A stretch of DNA of 64,000 bases from contig MU057999.1 of NCBI GenBank assembly GCA_013265495.1, positions 620,001 through 684,000 of the forward strand, in the 5' to 3' direction. Position numbers and translations under genes: made by a program. Positions 36,590-50,210 of the stretch are shown here, one piece after another; the first letter of the stretch is position 1, and each line of letters starts with the position of its first letter. The DNA comes from Vicugna vicugna (lineage: Eukaryota). The notes under the pieces were generated by a model. It saw nothing but the letters and a program-made list of their open reading frames with translations. It was not told where the DNA came from and searched no databases.

Positions 36590-37560
36590 GCCAAACTCAT
36601 GCTCATTATTGAAAATTTAGGAAGTGCAAATGCTATAAAAGGAAGAAAGTAAAATCATCCAATCCTATCACCTAGGAAATCATCACTTTTGTTTAATTTT
36701 ATTTTTTATTGCAGCGTAATTGATTTACAATGTTAGTTCCAGGTGTACAGCAAAACTATTCATTTATTCATAAACATACGTATTTTTTTCAGATTCTTTT
36801 CAATTATATGTTATTATAAGAAATTGCATATAGTTCCTTGTGCTATACAGTAGGTCAGGATCATCACCTTAAAACATTTTGTTATTTAGCAATTCTTTCA
36901 ACTACAACATATAATTATTACAATATATATAATAAATGAGTATATGTGTATACATACATATACACACACATATATATGTGTATATTTATTTCAAAAGTAA
37001 AATTGAGATCACACCATATAGAATCTGGTCTCACAATGTTTTTGGTCTCCACACATGTAATGAATAGTTTACTAAAAACTATTCTAAACCCAATTTAAAA
37101 GGCCATTTCATCCCCCACGGTACCGATGTGCCATAATCGGTTTTTCTATTTTCTTGTTGCTGTAGTTTGTTTGGCATTTTCCACTTTTATAAATAACGTG
37201 TTGATAAATATCTATGTGGTTATACCTTTGACCACATATCTGATTATTTCTTTAGAGTAGATTCCAGGTAGTGGAATTACTGAGTCAAAGGTTATGACTA
37301 TTTTAAGGCTCGAGATATATATATAAAATGTCAAATCACTTTCCAGAGCAATTGTGCCTGTCTGGTTACTATCATTGCATGAACCTTTGTCATATTATAA
37401 TCGGTACAAGATAACTCTAGTTTTTATTTTTTAATTGTCACTGAGATTGAGTGATATTTTTCACATAAATGTAGATGTGTGTATGTGTGAGTGAGGGATT
37501 TTAGGGGTGTGTAGCTTCAGTTTCTTTTTCCTACTGGAATGGCACAAACATTTAAATATT
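36590..37560 (-). mobile_element. Ancient L1 (L1ME-like) 3' region containing a nested younger L1 end and a (TA/CA)n tract
   Basis: gctcattattgaaaatttaggaag...; ttccaggtagtggaattactgagtcaaagg...tcaaatcactttccagag. Confidence 0.65.
36692..36857 (-). mobile_element. Cetartiodactyl-type L1 3' end
   Basis: ttttattgcagcgtaattgatttacaatgttagttccaggtgtacagca...atatagttccttgtgctatacagtaggtc; flanked by atcatcac repeats. Confidence 0.85.
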
Positions 37561-39244
37561 GGTTTGAAAAATAACTCAGACCTTCAGAGAACAGAGGAGA
37601 AGGAGGTTAAGTGAGGACGAGCCGCTCTGAAGGCACCTCCCCCGCTGCTGACGGAACCATCTGGAGCACGGATCTGGGGAGAGTTTGGTTCCGAGGGTGC
37701 TGCTCAGTCTCACGCAGCCGCCCCCACCCCGTCCCAAGAAGCCAGAATCCATGGTGTTGCTGTTAAACACAGTTTCCATTCTCAACCTTTCCAGTAGATC
37801 TCTCCACGATGGCCCATTTGCCATTCCCTGTTTCAGTATTTCTGTCTAGGACACCCTCATCACCCTTCCTATTTTTCTGTCTGTAATAGACCCCTTGTTA
37901 CGACCCCTTCTTCTCGCATATATGATGTGCCTGTGTGGGAAGCGCCACATCCAAGTTCCAGGTGGCTTGACTTTGGGACTCTCTATACTCACTGGCATTC
38001 TTGGCCTTTTCCTGTGGATGGAGATGATGAAAATCAATTTGTCTCTCACCACCACATCCAAAATATCTCAGGCTATGCCAAGAGAGGTATCCAGTGGCAC
38101 ATGAAAGTCCATGGAGAGATTACCTCTTCTGCTTGACCAAGTGTTTATTGCCGAGCTATTGAAATGCCCCTCGTGTATTCCTCCATACGCCTCGCTCTCC
38201 GATGGAAGCAAGTGTCCTCATGCCCACTTCGTGCTTCAGAGTTCGTCCCCCTGCAGTCACCTGCTCCTGTGCGGAAGTTGGCATTTGTACTTTAATGAAT
38301 TCATGTCGTCCTCGCTCTAGCCCAAGGCCGGGCTGACAACTTTATGCCTGTTTTATTGACAAAGGAATAGAGGAGCAGGAAATCCATTCACACGGTTTCC
38401 CCAGTGCGCTGACACCGGCTTCTGGGTGGGCCTGGTGCCTAAAGCAAGCCTCGTACATTTGCCATCCCGTGTGTTCTAGGAGAAAGGGCAGAGATGCCTT
38501 TTCCGGGGGCAGGCTCAGATTTGGGCTGGCACCCCCAGGTCTGCACTCCCAGTGACACCTGTCCCCAGGGAAAGAGCCCTCCCGCCTGGTGGTGGGAGGT
38601 TGTCTGATGGGGTCGTGAGGTGGCCTCCGGCAAATGGCTTTGGAGTATCAGAACAAAAGCACAGATGAAGTCAGAACTGCCTTTCAGTCATTACTGGAGA
38701 CCCTGGGGGACTGTTGGGAGGAAGCTGGTGCCTTTCTGCCCCAAGCAGGACAGGCCCAGTGGCCTGGATCCCAGGGAGAACAAGGGAGCCGGCTCTCAGT
38801 GTCAGCCGTGGACTCCAGCCTTGCCTGTCCCTGGGGCAGAGCCTCTAATAGGAGCCACGGGTATTTTTAGTCTCACGTGTGCAGGCACAGGACAGGCGAG
38901 CTGGAAGGGAACAGCTAATAAGCAGTGGTCCTTATTAAGTTGGGAAGGATGAAGTAAGGGGAGGGCAGGAGCCTGGTGGAACTTTTGCACACGCCTCATT
39001 TTCAGAGAACTCTTTTTCCATAAATTCACAGAGAAAGATTGAGGTCAGGGTGATTACGCACATCCCCAGTTGCAGAAGCCTGAAAGTGGAGCGCGTTCAC
39101 CTCCCGTGGCCTGCTGGTCCCCTCCCCCCAGGCCCCTCTGCCCTCCCGGGGGGCAGGCTGGGCAGGAAGGATGGATGCTGGGCTACCAAGGCTCTCGAGG
39201 TTGGGGGGTCTCTAAAAAGACCGGATGAGAAGCTGATCCCCAGT

Positions 39245-39400
39245 GTGATCCTCACAGCCTCAGGAGATAATTGAGTGGTGTCAACTGTGATCCTGATTTC
39301 ACAGGATTGGGAAATGGAGTTCAGAGAGGTGCAGGCCCTTGGGCAAGGCCACACAGCTGGGACATGGCAGAGCTGGGATTCAAACTCAGTGTCCTAGATC
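39245..39400 (-). mobile_element. MIR SINE fragment
   Basis: atcctcacagcc...ttcagagagg...caaggccacacagct...ggcagagctgggattcaaactcag. Confidence 0.65.
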
Positions 39401-40009
39401 AAGGTGCACCATTGTTTTCCAAGACACTCCACTTTTCCCCAAATGACAGTCAGTCATGTGTAAGACTCATTATCCATTTTATTAAACCACACACTTTTTT
39501 TCTATGCCAACTCTGTGTCAGGAACTTTATCACTGGGGTGAGGATACAGTTGCTTCTCCTGGCTGAACCTCGAGGCAGCCAGTGTGCCAGCTTGTCCTGT
39601 GGGAGAGACAGACTGGGAAGTGAAAGCAGCAGGTTTCCAGACTGGGGTCCAGCATGAGGACAGTCAAAGCTGTGCTAATACAGCCAGGACCCCTCCTGTA
39701 TAGCATCTTCTGAGGGTGAGACTGGGGGCAATGACCAGGGTGGGGCAGGCATGCCGTCAGCCCTTTCTCCAGACCTGTGTTGCTTGGAGTCTAGGGCAGG
39801 ACTCACTAAGTGAGGGCTTGGCAAAGCTGGAATTAAGGGAGTACCCAGCCCCTGCTGCTATCAGCCACTCCCTTCCTCCCCCTCCCCACATCTTTATGGT
39901 CTGAGAGCAGGAGACAGCGAGAACGTGGATTTGGGATGGAAGCGTTGAAGTGAGTTCCATCCACCTCCTGTCTCAGCCCAAAACCAGCCATGGCGTGTGA
40001 CTCTGTTTG

Positions 40010-40268
40010 TCCATCCAAAGACCCATCCTTTCATTTACTCTTTCATATCTAGTCATCCGCTCCATCTAGCCACCTATCCATTCACACTCTCATCCATCCA
40101 TCTCAGTTAGCCTTTTGTTCACTCATCCCTCCGTCTCTACCTGGACGTCACTCGTCAATCATCTGTCAGCCCCATCCATCCATCCCTCCTATCCAACGTG
40201 TTCTGTCCATTCCCTCATTTGTCTACTCATCCATCCCCATCCAATTACCAATTCCTTCATTCCATCCG
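40010..40268. repeat. Degenerate (TCCA)n low-complexity tract
   Basis: Repeated catccatc units next to a reversed L2 3' end (about 40270-40340). Confidence 0.7.
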
Positions 40269-40512
40269 CACCCAGACTGTTCCAGGTCTTGTGTCTGGTG
40301 CTGTGGGGACACAGAGATGAATGAGTCTTTCTCTTGTAGTCAACCTAGAAAACAGGGTGCAGATCAACTTATGAAGGAAACAATGTAATTTAAGAAGGTC
40401 CCGAGAGGAACAACAGAATGAATATGGCTGCAGGAGAAGGAGAATGAGGGGGCTGAAGGAGAGGGGCCAACAACTCAGGTCATTACACTCTACTTGTGGG
40501 GGAAGATACAAT

Positions 40513-40806
<294 letters not shown>

Positions 40807-43789
40807 ATGTATTGAATGTCCACTCCATGCTAGGTGCTAGGTACTTTCACTAGTCTTACTTAATTATCCCAACAGACTTTCAGGTGCATTTTGGAGATGA
40901 GGAACTAGGGTTTGGGTAGGCATCTGTTAACCATGAATAAAAGTTGAAGAGCAGGGCTAGGTTGAATATGCCTAACACAGAGGATCAGAGTGAGAACTTG
41001 AAGCAAGTCGATCCAGGACAATTGAAGAGCGGGCTATTTGACAGTTAACTTCTGGAATACAGTTCCTGAAGTTGTGCATGTGGACAGGAACCACAAAGTC
41101 AATTGGCTCCCGGGTGCTCAGTGAGAAGGAGGCAGGGGGGTCACGCACAGCTTTTGGACTTGGATGCCAGGTTGCATCTGTTTGTCACGGAATTGGAGCC
41201 TTCCTTAGTGGCTGTGCCAGGTTCAGGGTCCTCCTGGAAGATTCCTGGTCCTGGACCCTCTCTGCCAGGATGCAGGCTCAGGTCTGCAAACACCCTCAGG
41301 CCAAACTTGCAGGCATTCTCGCAGCCAGTTCAGTGTCAAGTTTTGCTTTGCTTTTCCGGTCCAAGATCTTCTCCTGGGGGTAGGGTTCTGTGAAAATCCA
41401 GTAGAGCCCCAGGGAGGAGAGCTCAGCTTTACCTCCCAGCTGTTCGGGCTTCAGCCAGGGAGCCGTGAGTCCCAGCTCTGGGCCCTTCTGACACCCCAAA
41501 GTGCAGTTTTCAGCTGACACATCATCCCTGGCACTTTCTGGATCCAGACCCAGTTCTTATCATTTGATGTCATCAAATTGTTCCCTGACAGTTGGATAAA
41601 TCTCTACAGACCACTGATTGTCAATCTCTGTTTCAAGACTGGAGTGTTCCCAAATGGTTAGGAAGGTGGTCCAAGCAACTAAGGACTCTGGTGACAACTC
41701 AGGGTGAGGGGAGCCCTGCAGCTTCCCAGACAGATGCCTTCCAGCAGCTGCAGAGGACATGGCAGAGGCTGGGTGGGGATGGCAGCATTAATTAGAGGTC
41801 TCTAGAATTACATAGGTCTCATACAGTTGGGCCCTGCTGCTTCCTACAAACTTGTAGGTCTTCTCCTCTCTGGAGTCAGTCAGTCTGTCTGTCTATCTGT
41901 TGAGAACCATCTCAGCTTGGTCTTTGCCTTCCTGCCCTGGAGAGAAGGTTCGGGGCATAGGAATGCAGGTGCCTGGGTAACAGTCCTGGGTCCAGTGGCT
42001 CAGCCCCGCACGCAGGGCTGGGAAGGGGTATGTGTGAGGAGTGCGGCTGCTCTGGGCCCCGTTCCCTCGTCCGTCCTTCCTCCCCAGCTCCCCCCTCGGC
42101 ACGGCCGGCCCCACCTGCCAGCTCAGCTGTCCTTGTTCACCATGTAATCCCTGCCAGGAAGAGAGGGGAACATGAGCCGGGCCTTCTCCCACTGCATCCT
42201 GCCATCCCATCCTCCCTCCAGCCAGGAGGGCCAGGGGAGGGGGGCTGCTGGGGACAAGGAAGGGCAGAACGCAGGCTCAGCTGCCTCCGGGCTGCTGCAG
42301 CCGCGGGGCCTCCTGGATGCATGAAACACACAAACCCCAGGCCTTCCCTCCACAGCCCGTGCACACGCAGGAACTTCTCTGGTGTCTGGTACCCCGACAC
42401 CTGCTGGGCCCACTCAGTGCAAGAGAGCCTCTCTTCCCTCCCCTTCACTTCCATGGGTCTGGGGTGGGGGCCCCTGCCAGGTGTTTTAATTTTCATTCTA
42501 AAAAAGCCACTTGGGACCCAGGGAGCTCAAGTTCCGTTGTTGCCAGGCAAGTCAGAGCCTCAGTCTCCCCATTTGTAGCCCAGCAGCCATCATGCCTGCT
42601 GCCCAGGGTAGGAGACAGAGCGAGGTAGTGCAGACTGGCCTGGCGCACGCTGGTGCATGGTGGTAACTGTTCACAGGCAGTGCAGGCCAGGCCCTGAACC
42701 TGGGACTCGGCCACACGCCTGCAACCCTGGCGCCTCTGTACATTGCAAGGAAGGAGCATCTTGCAGTGGGACCTCAGGGACATCAGGGTGGTGGCCTATG
42801 TACCACAATCGTGGGGAGCTGTGCTTCCAGGGCTGTACCATTCATCTATGTTTTCCTAAAGCAGCTGCTCCCTGCACATGCCAGGCACTCCTTTAAGGCA
42901 GTTCCGTGTTTGTGCGTGCGTATAACAGGGCCATTTGGTCCCTAACTGGTGCTGTAGAATTTGGAGGAGTCATGGCCCTCCTCTGAGCCTTGGTTTCCTC
43001 ATCTGAACAAACGGGTATGTTGATCCCTGCCTGACGGGCTGTTCTGGATTCAGTGGCAGGCCCTGGCCCCCTGCGTGGCACACGGTAAGTGAGGGATCCT
43101 GCGACCCCTTCCCCTCTTCCAGTGCAGAGGTTTCCTCAGTTGCCTTGGGATCTGCTCCAGGGAAGAAGGGAAAGGCCTCGGAGGGCACTGGATGGGCAAC
43201 GGGGGTGTGGGGGGCCCTGGCTTCTCACTGGCCACCGATGCTCTCTGCAGACAGAAGTGGGGCAGGGCTGGCCTCTGGTCAGCAGCACAAGGCCACTTCT
43301 GGCCCCACCCTGCAGGTCTGGGAGAAATCAGGTGGCTTTCAGGCACACCACCCAGCCTGGCTTCTTCTTCCTGCTAAGGGAAGGGGCCAGGGTGGAGGCC
43401 TTGACCATGCCTCTCAGTGAGGGATCAGGGCTGGCCCGTGTCCATGGAGGATCCCTGCTTCCCAGTGCTGCCTCTGGGAAGAGCCTAGGAAAAGCCTCCT
43501 GGGTGCGAGGCCCCCCTCCCGCACGGCCGGGCCTCTGGCCCTGGAGCCGAGGTTGCGCAAGCAGAGCCGGGAGCTGGCCTCGCGCAGGGTTACCCGAGGC
43601 AGGCTGGGCCCAGGGCTGGGCCAGGCCCTGGATCACAGTGGTGACAGTGACCTGCTTGTGGCAGGACAGTTTGCACTCCCCAGGTGGTTGTTGACAAGCT
43701 GCCACGGAGGGAGGAGCCTCTGTGATGACACGGGCCTCGGGCCAAGGCCTGACAGCCATCTGCTCTGCCACCAGCCTGCAGGCCTCCGG

Positions 43790-44225
43790 GGAGGGAGAGG
43801 GCAGGGGAGGAAACAGAGGGAAAAGTGGGGGCAGAGAGGGCCAGAGACAGAGAGAGACAGAAAGACACTCAGGCAGAAACAGAAAGACATAGAGAGGAAG
43901 AGAAGCCACATAAAGGCAGAGAGATATATGATAGGAAGATACCCAGACAGAAAGAGGCGGACAGAGAATGAGAGACACAGAGAGATAGGGACAGAAACGA
44001 AGGGAGAGAAATAGAAGGACAGACAGAGAGAGACAAGGAGAGACAAAGAGAACAACAGAGGCAGAGGAGCCAAGAGAGGGGCTGAGAGAGGGAGGGTGGT
44101 GGGGGACAGAGACACACAGAGGCACTACAGAGACCAAGAGAACTAGAGACATGGAGAGAGACAGAGGCCGTCGGGGTCAGGGAGAGACGGAGAGGGGCAA
44201 AGAAACACCCGGAGACGGGGAGCGA
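43790..44225. repeat. GA-rich low-complexity region
   Basis: Degenerate gagaca/gaga units. Confidence 0.85.
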
Positions 44226-44356
44226 GGGTGCGTGCTGGGGCAGCTGGGCCGGAGTGGCAGTGGACGGACAGAGGCTCTGGCCAGGTTCCTGGTGAAAGGA
44301 GAGCTTTCAGAGGGAAGACGTCACACTGACCGGGGACCCCGGGGCCAGGGTCCTGA

Positions 44357-44512
44357 CAGTGATCCTCAGATGTTAGTAGGCAGCAGAATCACGGGGGCCA
44401 CATTCAAGTTCAGGAGCTGGCCCATCCCCAGTCTGATTTGCTGGTCAAGGGGAGGCCAGGAATCTGCATTTCCAGCAGGGTCCTCAGGAGAGTCTATTGT
44501 GGGGTCACACCA
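44357..44512. mobile_element. MER5A-like hAT DNA transposon
   Basis: cagtgatcctca...cagaatcac...gccaggaatctgcatttccagcagg. Confidence 0.6.
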
Positions 44513-44854
44513 GTCAGAGTCAGGACACTGCACCAGGGGAAGCCTGGCTGGGCCCCTCCCCCTCCCCCTCCCGCTCCCCTTCCCCCTCCCTCATCTCCTC
44601 ACACTGTGGGGCCCTGAGTGGGCGAGGCCAGGCCTGGGAGGGCTCTGAGGGAAGTCTCCACAGACCTGGGGGCATCCCACATCTTCTGTTTCATCAACCA
44701 GTGATGCCAGGAAGGACTGGGGGCCTGCTGAGCCCCGGATGGGTGGACCGGGAGGCACCATGAAAGGTCATGATTAAGCCCTGTGCAGTTGAGGAAACTC
44801 AGTGGCTGGGCTGAGACAATGGAGATAACATGAAATGTTAATTTTTCAAGCTCC

Positions 44855-45035
44855 TGCTATGGCCCCGGCTCTGTGCTGAATATTATTTCATTCCATCCTC
44901 TTAAATAGGGTAAGAGTCAGCATGGACTCCACCGCAGAGGTGAAGAAATGAGGCCCAGAAATGACAAGTAATATGCCCAAGGTCACATAGCTAGTGAATG
45001 GCAGAGCCTGGACCAGAATCCCGGCCTGTGTTACC
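44855..45035 (-). mobile_element. MIR SINE
   Basis: tgaagaaatgaggcccagaaatgacaagtaatatgcccaaggtcacatagctagtgaatggcagagc. Confidence 0.8.
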
Positions 45036-45679
45036 CTGAAACCCGGGGTCACTTCCAACCTCTCCGCTCTTCCCACGAATGGCTCTGTTGCCTCTCAGGC
45101 CAAGATCCCGGACTCAGCCCTCTTGATTCCTTCCACCTTGTTCCCACACAATCCATGTGCAAGGCCTCCGATGCCAGCCCCACGCTAGTCTTCTCTCCAT
45201 CACCATCTCCTCCCACTGTAATGTCTCTTCCCAAATTCAGCCCTCATGTGTCTTGCAGATCTGCCAAGGCGGTAATCATCCAACTCAGTGTTCCCCCAAA
45301 CGTGTTCCCTGTGCTGCCGGAAGGGAGCGAGGTGATCACTCCTAGAGTACTTAGAAGGACCTGGTCTTCCAGGTTGTTCCCCGGCTCCTCTTGGGCAGCC
45401 AGGGGACACCATGACTGGGTTTGGAACTGTGGCAACTCCCACCTTGGAGCCCAACTGTTCCCCCCGGGGAAGGCAGATGTGGCTGGAGATGTTGGCAGGC
45501 GATGACTTGATGGCACTGGGGGCGGGGCTCTCCTCTGAGCAGATGCGGAGTAAATCAGAAGACAAAACATACACCAGGATGGTTAAGTTCACGTCGTGTT
45601 TAGAAATCGGTAGACTCGTGTCTGGTCGCAGCTGGCTGTGTTTTCTTTCTCTCACACTACATTGCACTCCCAAGACTCA

Positions 45680-46365
45680 AACCAACACCAGGTGTGTGGG
45701 TTTTTCACACCAAGAAATTCTGACACTAACCGCCTGGAGCTGACCCCGAAGGTTAAGGGCTCAGTCCCACAAGACTGCCCCCCGCTTGAGACACAGATCT
45801 GAAGTCACAGGTCCCTAGGTAAGCAACACTTCTGTCTGACTTGGCTACAAATTGGAGGTTCCCACCACCCCTCCATAGCTTTAATAATTTGCTAGAGGGG
45901 CTCACAGAACGTAGGAAAATAGTTTATTGACAATTTATAACAAAGGATAGTGGGTAAGATGAACAGCCTGATGAAGAAAAACACAGGGAGAGGTCTGGAA
46001 GGGTCCCCAGCACAGGAGCTTCTGTCCCTTGGAGCTGGGGTGCATTGCCCTCTGGGGCCAACCTGGAAGCTCTCCAGACCCCATGCTTTGGGGATATTTA
46101 GGGAGCCTTCTTCACCTGGCCATGATCGATTAGTAACTTGCTTTCCAGCTCCTCGCCCCTCTCAGGGGGATGCAGGGTGGGCCGGAAGTTCCAAGCTTCT
46201 GATCATGCTTAGTCTTTCTGGTGACCAGCCCTCATCCAGGAGGCCACCAGCGTCCCCTCACTGGCACACCTGTCCTCCTATCACCCAGGACATTACAAGG
46301 GCTTGAGAAGCCTTTGGGGAACCAGGCTCAAAGACCACATGTTAGCAGTCCCCAGGGGCAGAGAC
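45680..46365 (-). mobile_element. MER21-like ERV solo LTR
   Basis: ctgacacta...gggctcagtcccacaagactgccccc...aatttgctagaggggctcacagaac...gtctttctggtgaccagccc is the reverse of recalled MER21 consensus blocks. Confidence 0.85.
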
Positions 46366-47260
46366 TAATAATATACATACATACATATAATAATAATAAA
46401 TTATATAATATATAGTAATAATAATAATAATAATTATTATTATTTTACAGCTTGACTATAAAAAACCCAGTGGAACATTCATGGTTCTGCTTCACGGACA
46501 CATCTGTCTCATGACCCTTCTGGGAAGGGCGCTCTCTGGCTCGAATGTAGTGGCCGGCAAACTTCACGCTCCAGCCTCTGAGGAAGGGCTTGCAGGAGGC
46601 TGTCCCCCACCAGACCACAGGTCTCTGCTGGGACTCTCCTGGTGGAAGGGCCAGGAACTAGAAGTGTGGGGCTCCAGAGGGCCCGCGGCTGCACCTGAGG
46701 CTGCCCTGGAAGGAGGAGCGTGGGGCCTGTCAAAAGGTGTAAATGCCAAGTCTGCACTTTCTGAACTCTTGGGGTGCCCTGACTCGCTGCTTCTCAGGTG
46801 CCTCTGGCCAGGTCATGGGGCCAGGAAGCCAAGAAGCCCATGACCATAACCCCCCTGTCTGCCCAGCCATCCACCTTGGCGTGAGAGGGAAGTCAAAGGT
46901 TGAGAAAGACCGTGCAGGTGAGCTGCCCGGGAGCGGAGCTACCAGCAGGCCCTTGGCCCCAGGAGCTGGGCCCACCCAGAGCCAGGAGCAGAACTAGGAG
47001 GACGCATTATGAGCTCCCTCCCTCCTTGACCTTCACGACAAGCCAAGAGCACTTCCTGGAGCTGCTTTCAGGAACACCCAAATGGCTTTCTGTCTGAGCT
47101 GAGTGGTGTCCAGCTAATGATCATGAGAAAATCATTTGTTTCTTCTTTTAACTGAACGCAACAGCTCTTCAGGTCGACGGCCACTCACATCGTGGAGATT
47201 TCCACACAGGTGCTCCTTTCCTAATAAGGCACATCTGAGTGTCGCTTTCCTGTCAGAAGG

Positions 47261-47400
47261 CCACCACCTCCACCTCCATTTTCACCTCCACCTCCACCAC
47301 CTCTACCACCGTCATCACCTCCACCTCTACCCTCCCGTCCCCCACTACCTCCACCACCATCTCCACCACCTCTACCACCATCCCTCTCACCCTCACTACC
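47261..47400. repeat. (CCACCT/CCA)n low-complexity tract
   Basis: Degenerate ccacctccacca units. Confidence 0.9.
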
Positions 47401-48879
47401 CAAAAAATTTGTCCTCCACCTCGGAGACCCTCAGCCTTCAAATTAGCAGCAGATGGAAGTGGGGCAGACTGCAGTCAGAGGGGCACACACCATGGATTCA
47501 GAGCAGCAGCCCCTTTCCCTCCTCTTCGAGAGCCTGTTCTGTGTTAGGGTGATGTCCAGGCTTCCCCCTCTACCAAGCTTCCAGCCCTAATGCTTGCAGC
47601 CCTTGTAATGCAAGAGTCTGACTGTGCAGTAATGACGGGGGGCTCTCGGCCCGGCTTGCCCTTTAGCTCGCTTACCTGGTCCGGCTGCGCCAGGCTGTTG
47701 ACAGCTGCTATCTGATTGGATTGATCAGCCCCTGCGTGGGGTGGATCATTAAATATTTTGCATAACACCAGTGCTGCCCAGGCTAACTGGGACTCAGTTC
47801 ACCTTACTTGTTGACGAGGCTGATGGTGACTTCAGTCATGATAAAGTTCTTTAGTCTTTGTTCCAGTTTCAGGGGGACTAAATCACCCAGGTAATTGGAT
47901 CGAAGACTTTAGGTAAATATAGAGCCAGCGCATGTTAAAAAGTTGGAATTTGGGGACTGGCAATTTCTGAGCACAAGCAAAGGATTTCAACTATTATCAA
48001 CTAGATAACTCAAAGCAAATATGATTTTTCAGGCTCTCTGAGCTATGTTCACAGACAGCTTTGCAAGTTGTTTGCCTCCAATATGGAATACTCCTCCCAA
48101 ATCCACATGTGGCCCCTCTGCATCTAAAATTTAACCTTGGGCGAAAAATCAGTTCTAACTAGTGGATATCTGATTTGATAAGAGTACTTGGGGAGATGCT
48201 CTGGAGGATCTTGGATGCCCACAGTCTGAGCTTTTAGCACGAAGAGAACAGTGAGGACAAACGAAGAAAGTCAGGCAGTGGTTCAACATTGTAAGGTAGT
48301 TCCTTAAAGAGTCAGCCTTGGGAAAGAGATGGTACTCCTGAAAAGAGCAGTGAATTCCCCCTTTCACGTGAGAGGATGGCATGGCTGGTCGGCAACGCCA
48401 TGCTGTGCTGTGGGTAAATGGACCGCTCATAGCTGCCTGGAGGGAATATAAACTCTTCCGACACATTCAGGGGGTATTTTGGGACCACCTAATAAAGTGG
48501 AAATGTACATGCCCCATGATCCAACTCAGATCTCACAGGGACTGTTTATCGCAGTAGAGTTTGTAAAGCTCACCAACTGGGACGTGTCTGTGGCTGGGAT
48601 GGTTGTACCCATCACGGCCTCCTCCCTCCCGCACTGGATTTCTACGTGGTAGTTACCACGGACGTACTAGATCTTCATGAATGGTGATTCCTCTGTGGAG
48701 AGAGAGAACTGGGGAGGGATTCACATAGATCATCAATCATCTGTAATAGTTTACTTTCTTTAAAAAAAAGATCTGAATCAAACAGAAAAATTTTAACCTT
48801 TATTCACTTCCAGTGGTAGGTATTTCTTACGTTTTGGGTATCAACAGTGCTGTTCTGTGTGTTTGAAATATTTCATAAT

Positions 48880-49480
48880 GAAAAGGATACACGTGCCCCA
48901 GTGTTCATAGCAGCATTATTTACAATAGCCAAGATATAGAAGTAACCTAAGTGAACATCAACAGATGACTGGATAAAGAAGATGTGGGGTGTGCGTGTGT
49001 GTGTGTATGTATATATATATTTAAAACTAAATGTTACTCAGCCATAAAAAAGGATGAAATTTTGGCATTTGCAACAACATGGATGGACTTGGAGTGTATT
49101 ATGCTTAGTGAAATAACTCAGAGAAAGATAAATACTTAATGTATCACCTATATGTGGAATCTAAAAAGTAGAGCTGACCAGTGAATATAACAAAAATGAA
49201 GCAGGTTCACAGATATAGAGAACAAACTAGTGATTATCAGTGGGGAGGAGAAGTGAGAGGGACAACATAGGAGTAAGGAATTAAGAGGTACAGACTGCTA
49301 TGTACAAAAGAAATAAACTATTAAGGTATATTTGTACAGTATTGGAAATATAGCCACTATTTTATAATAACTATAAATGAAATATAATTTACAAAAATAT
49401 TGAATCACTATATTGTACACCTGAAGCAAATACAATGTTGTACATCAACTATACCTCAGTTAAAATTTTTTTAAAAATGA
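48880..49480 (+). mobile_element. L1 ORF2 end and 3' UTR (laurasiatherian/cetartiodactyl type)
   Basis: gttcatagcagcattatttacaatagccaaga...gcaacaacatggatggacttggag...gaatcactatattgtacacctgaa...caactatacctcagttaaaa. Confidence 0.9.
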
Positions 49481-49489
49481 AAACAAAAA

Positions 49490-49995
49490 AATGTTTACAT
49501 TAAAACTTATACATGGATGTTCATAGTAGCATTACTTACAATAGCTAAAAAGTGGAAACTACTCAAATATCCATTAACTGATGAATGGATAAACAAGCTG
49601 TGTTGTATCCATTACAATGGAATATTATTTAGGCATAAAAAGGAATGGAGTGCTGATATATACAACATGGGCGAAAAAATTATAAGTGAAAGAAACCAGA
49701 TACTCAAGTCCAAATATTTTGTGATTTCATTTATATGCAATGACCAGAATGGGCAAGTACATAGAGAAAAAAAAAGTAGATGAGTGGTTTCTAGGGGCTG
49801 AGGGCAGATGGAAACGGGAGAGGATTGCAAATGGGGATGGAGTTTTGGTGGAGGGGTGAGGGAAATGTCCTGGAATTAGGTAGTGATAATAGTTGCACAA
49901 TCTTGTGAATAATGTTTTAAAAAATTAAAGTGTGATTGTACACTTCTAAAGGGTGAATTTTATAAGTGAATCATACCCTCATTTTTTCAAAAAAA
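49490..49995 (+). mobile_element. L1MB-like 3' end
   Basis: MFIVALLTIAKKWK...WINK-type ORF2 tail followed by ggaaatgtcctggaattaggtagtgataatagttgcacaa...gggtgaatttta. Confidence 0.85.
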
Positions 49996-50059
49996 TGATA
50001 AAAAAGGTGAATCTGTTTGAGGATGGAGTCGACGGTGAGGACTCAGGGGTAGAGGGGGA

Positions 50060-50210
50060 GAAACCAGATCTTGTGATCTTACTTGAATCCTCGTATCTGG
50101 TTGTGCCAGAAGTCAGACTACTTTGGAATGTTTCAGTTCTGTGAGCCAACAAATTCTCTGCTTCTTAGGTCAGGGTGGATCAGGTTTTCTGTCACTTACC
50201 CCCAAAGGCA
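50060..50210 (+). mobile_element. Old MLT1 (J/K-like) LTR 3' fragment
   Basis: ttcagttctgtgagccaacaaattctct...ggttttctgtcactta. Confidence 0.55.

Noticed and set aside
43328..44152. 274-aa minus-strand ORF and overlapping ORFs
   Set aside because: They arise from GA-rich low-complexity sequence and show no recognisable domain.
46800..46975. Minus-strand peptide WGQ..LLVAPLPGSSPAR....F resembling the KY C-terminus (WGQDNELLEPLSGVLPA)
   Set aside because: It needs a frameshift, is short and Pro/Gly-rich, and by rough scoring is within chance; no other collinear KY-like segments are convincing.
47136..47552. Thr-rich (mucin-like) and His-rich ORFs
   Set aside because: Translations of the CCA/CCACCT low-complexity tract, with no supporting gene structure.
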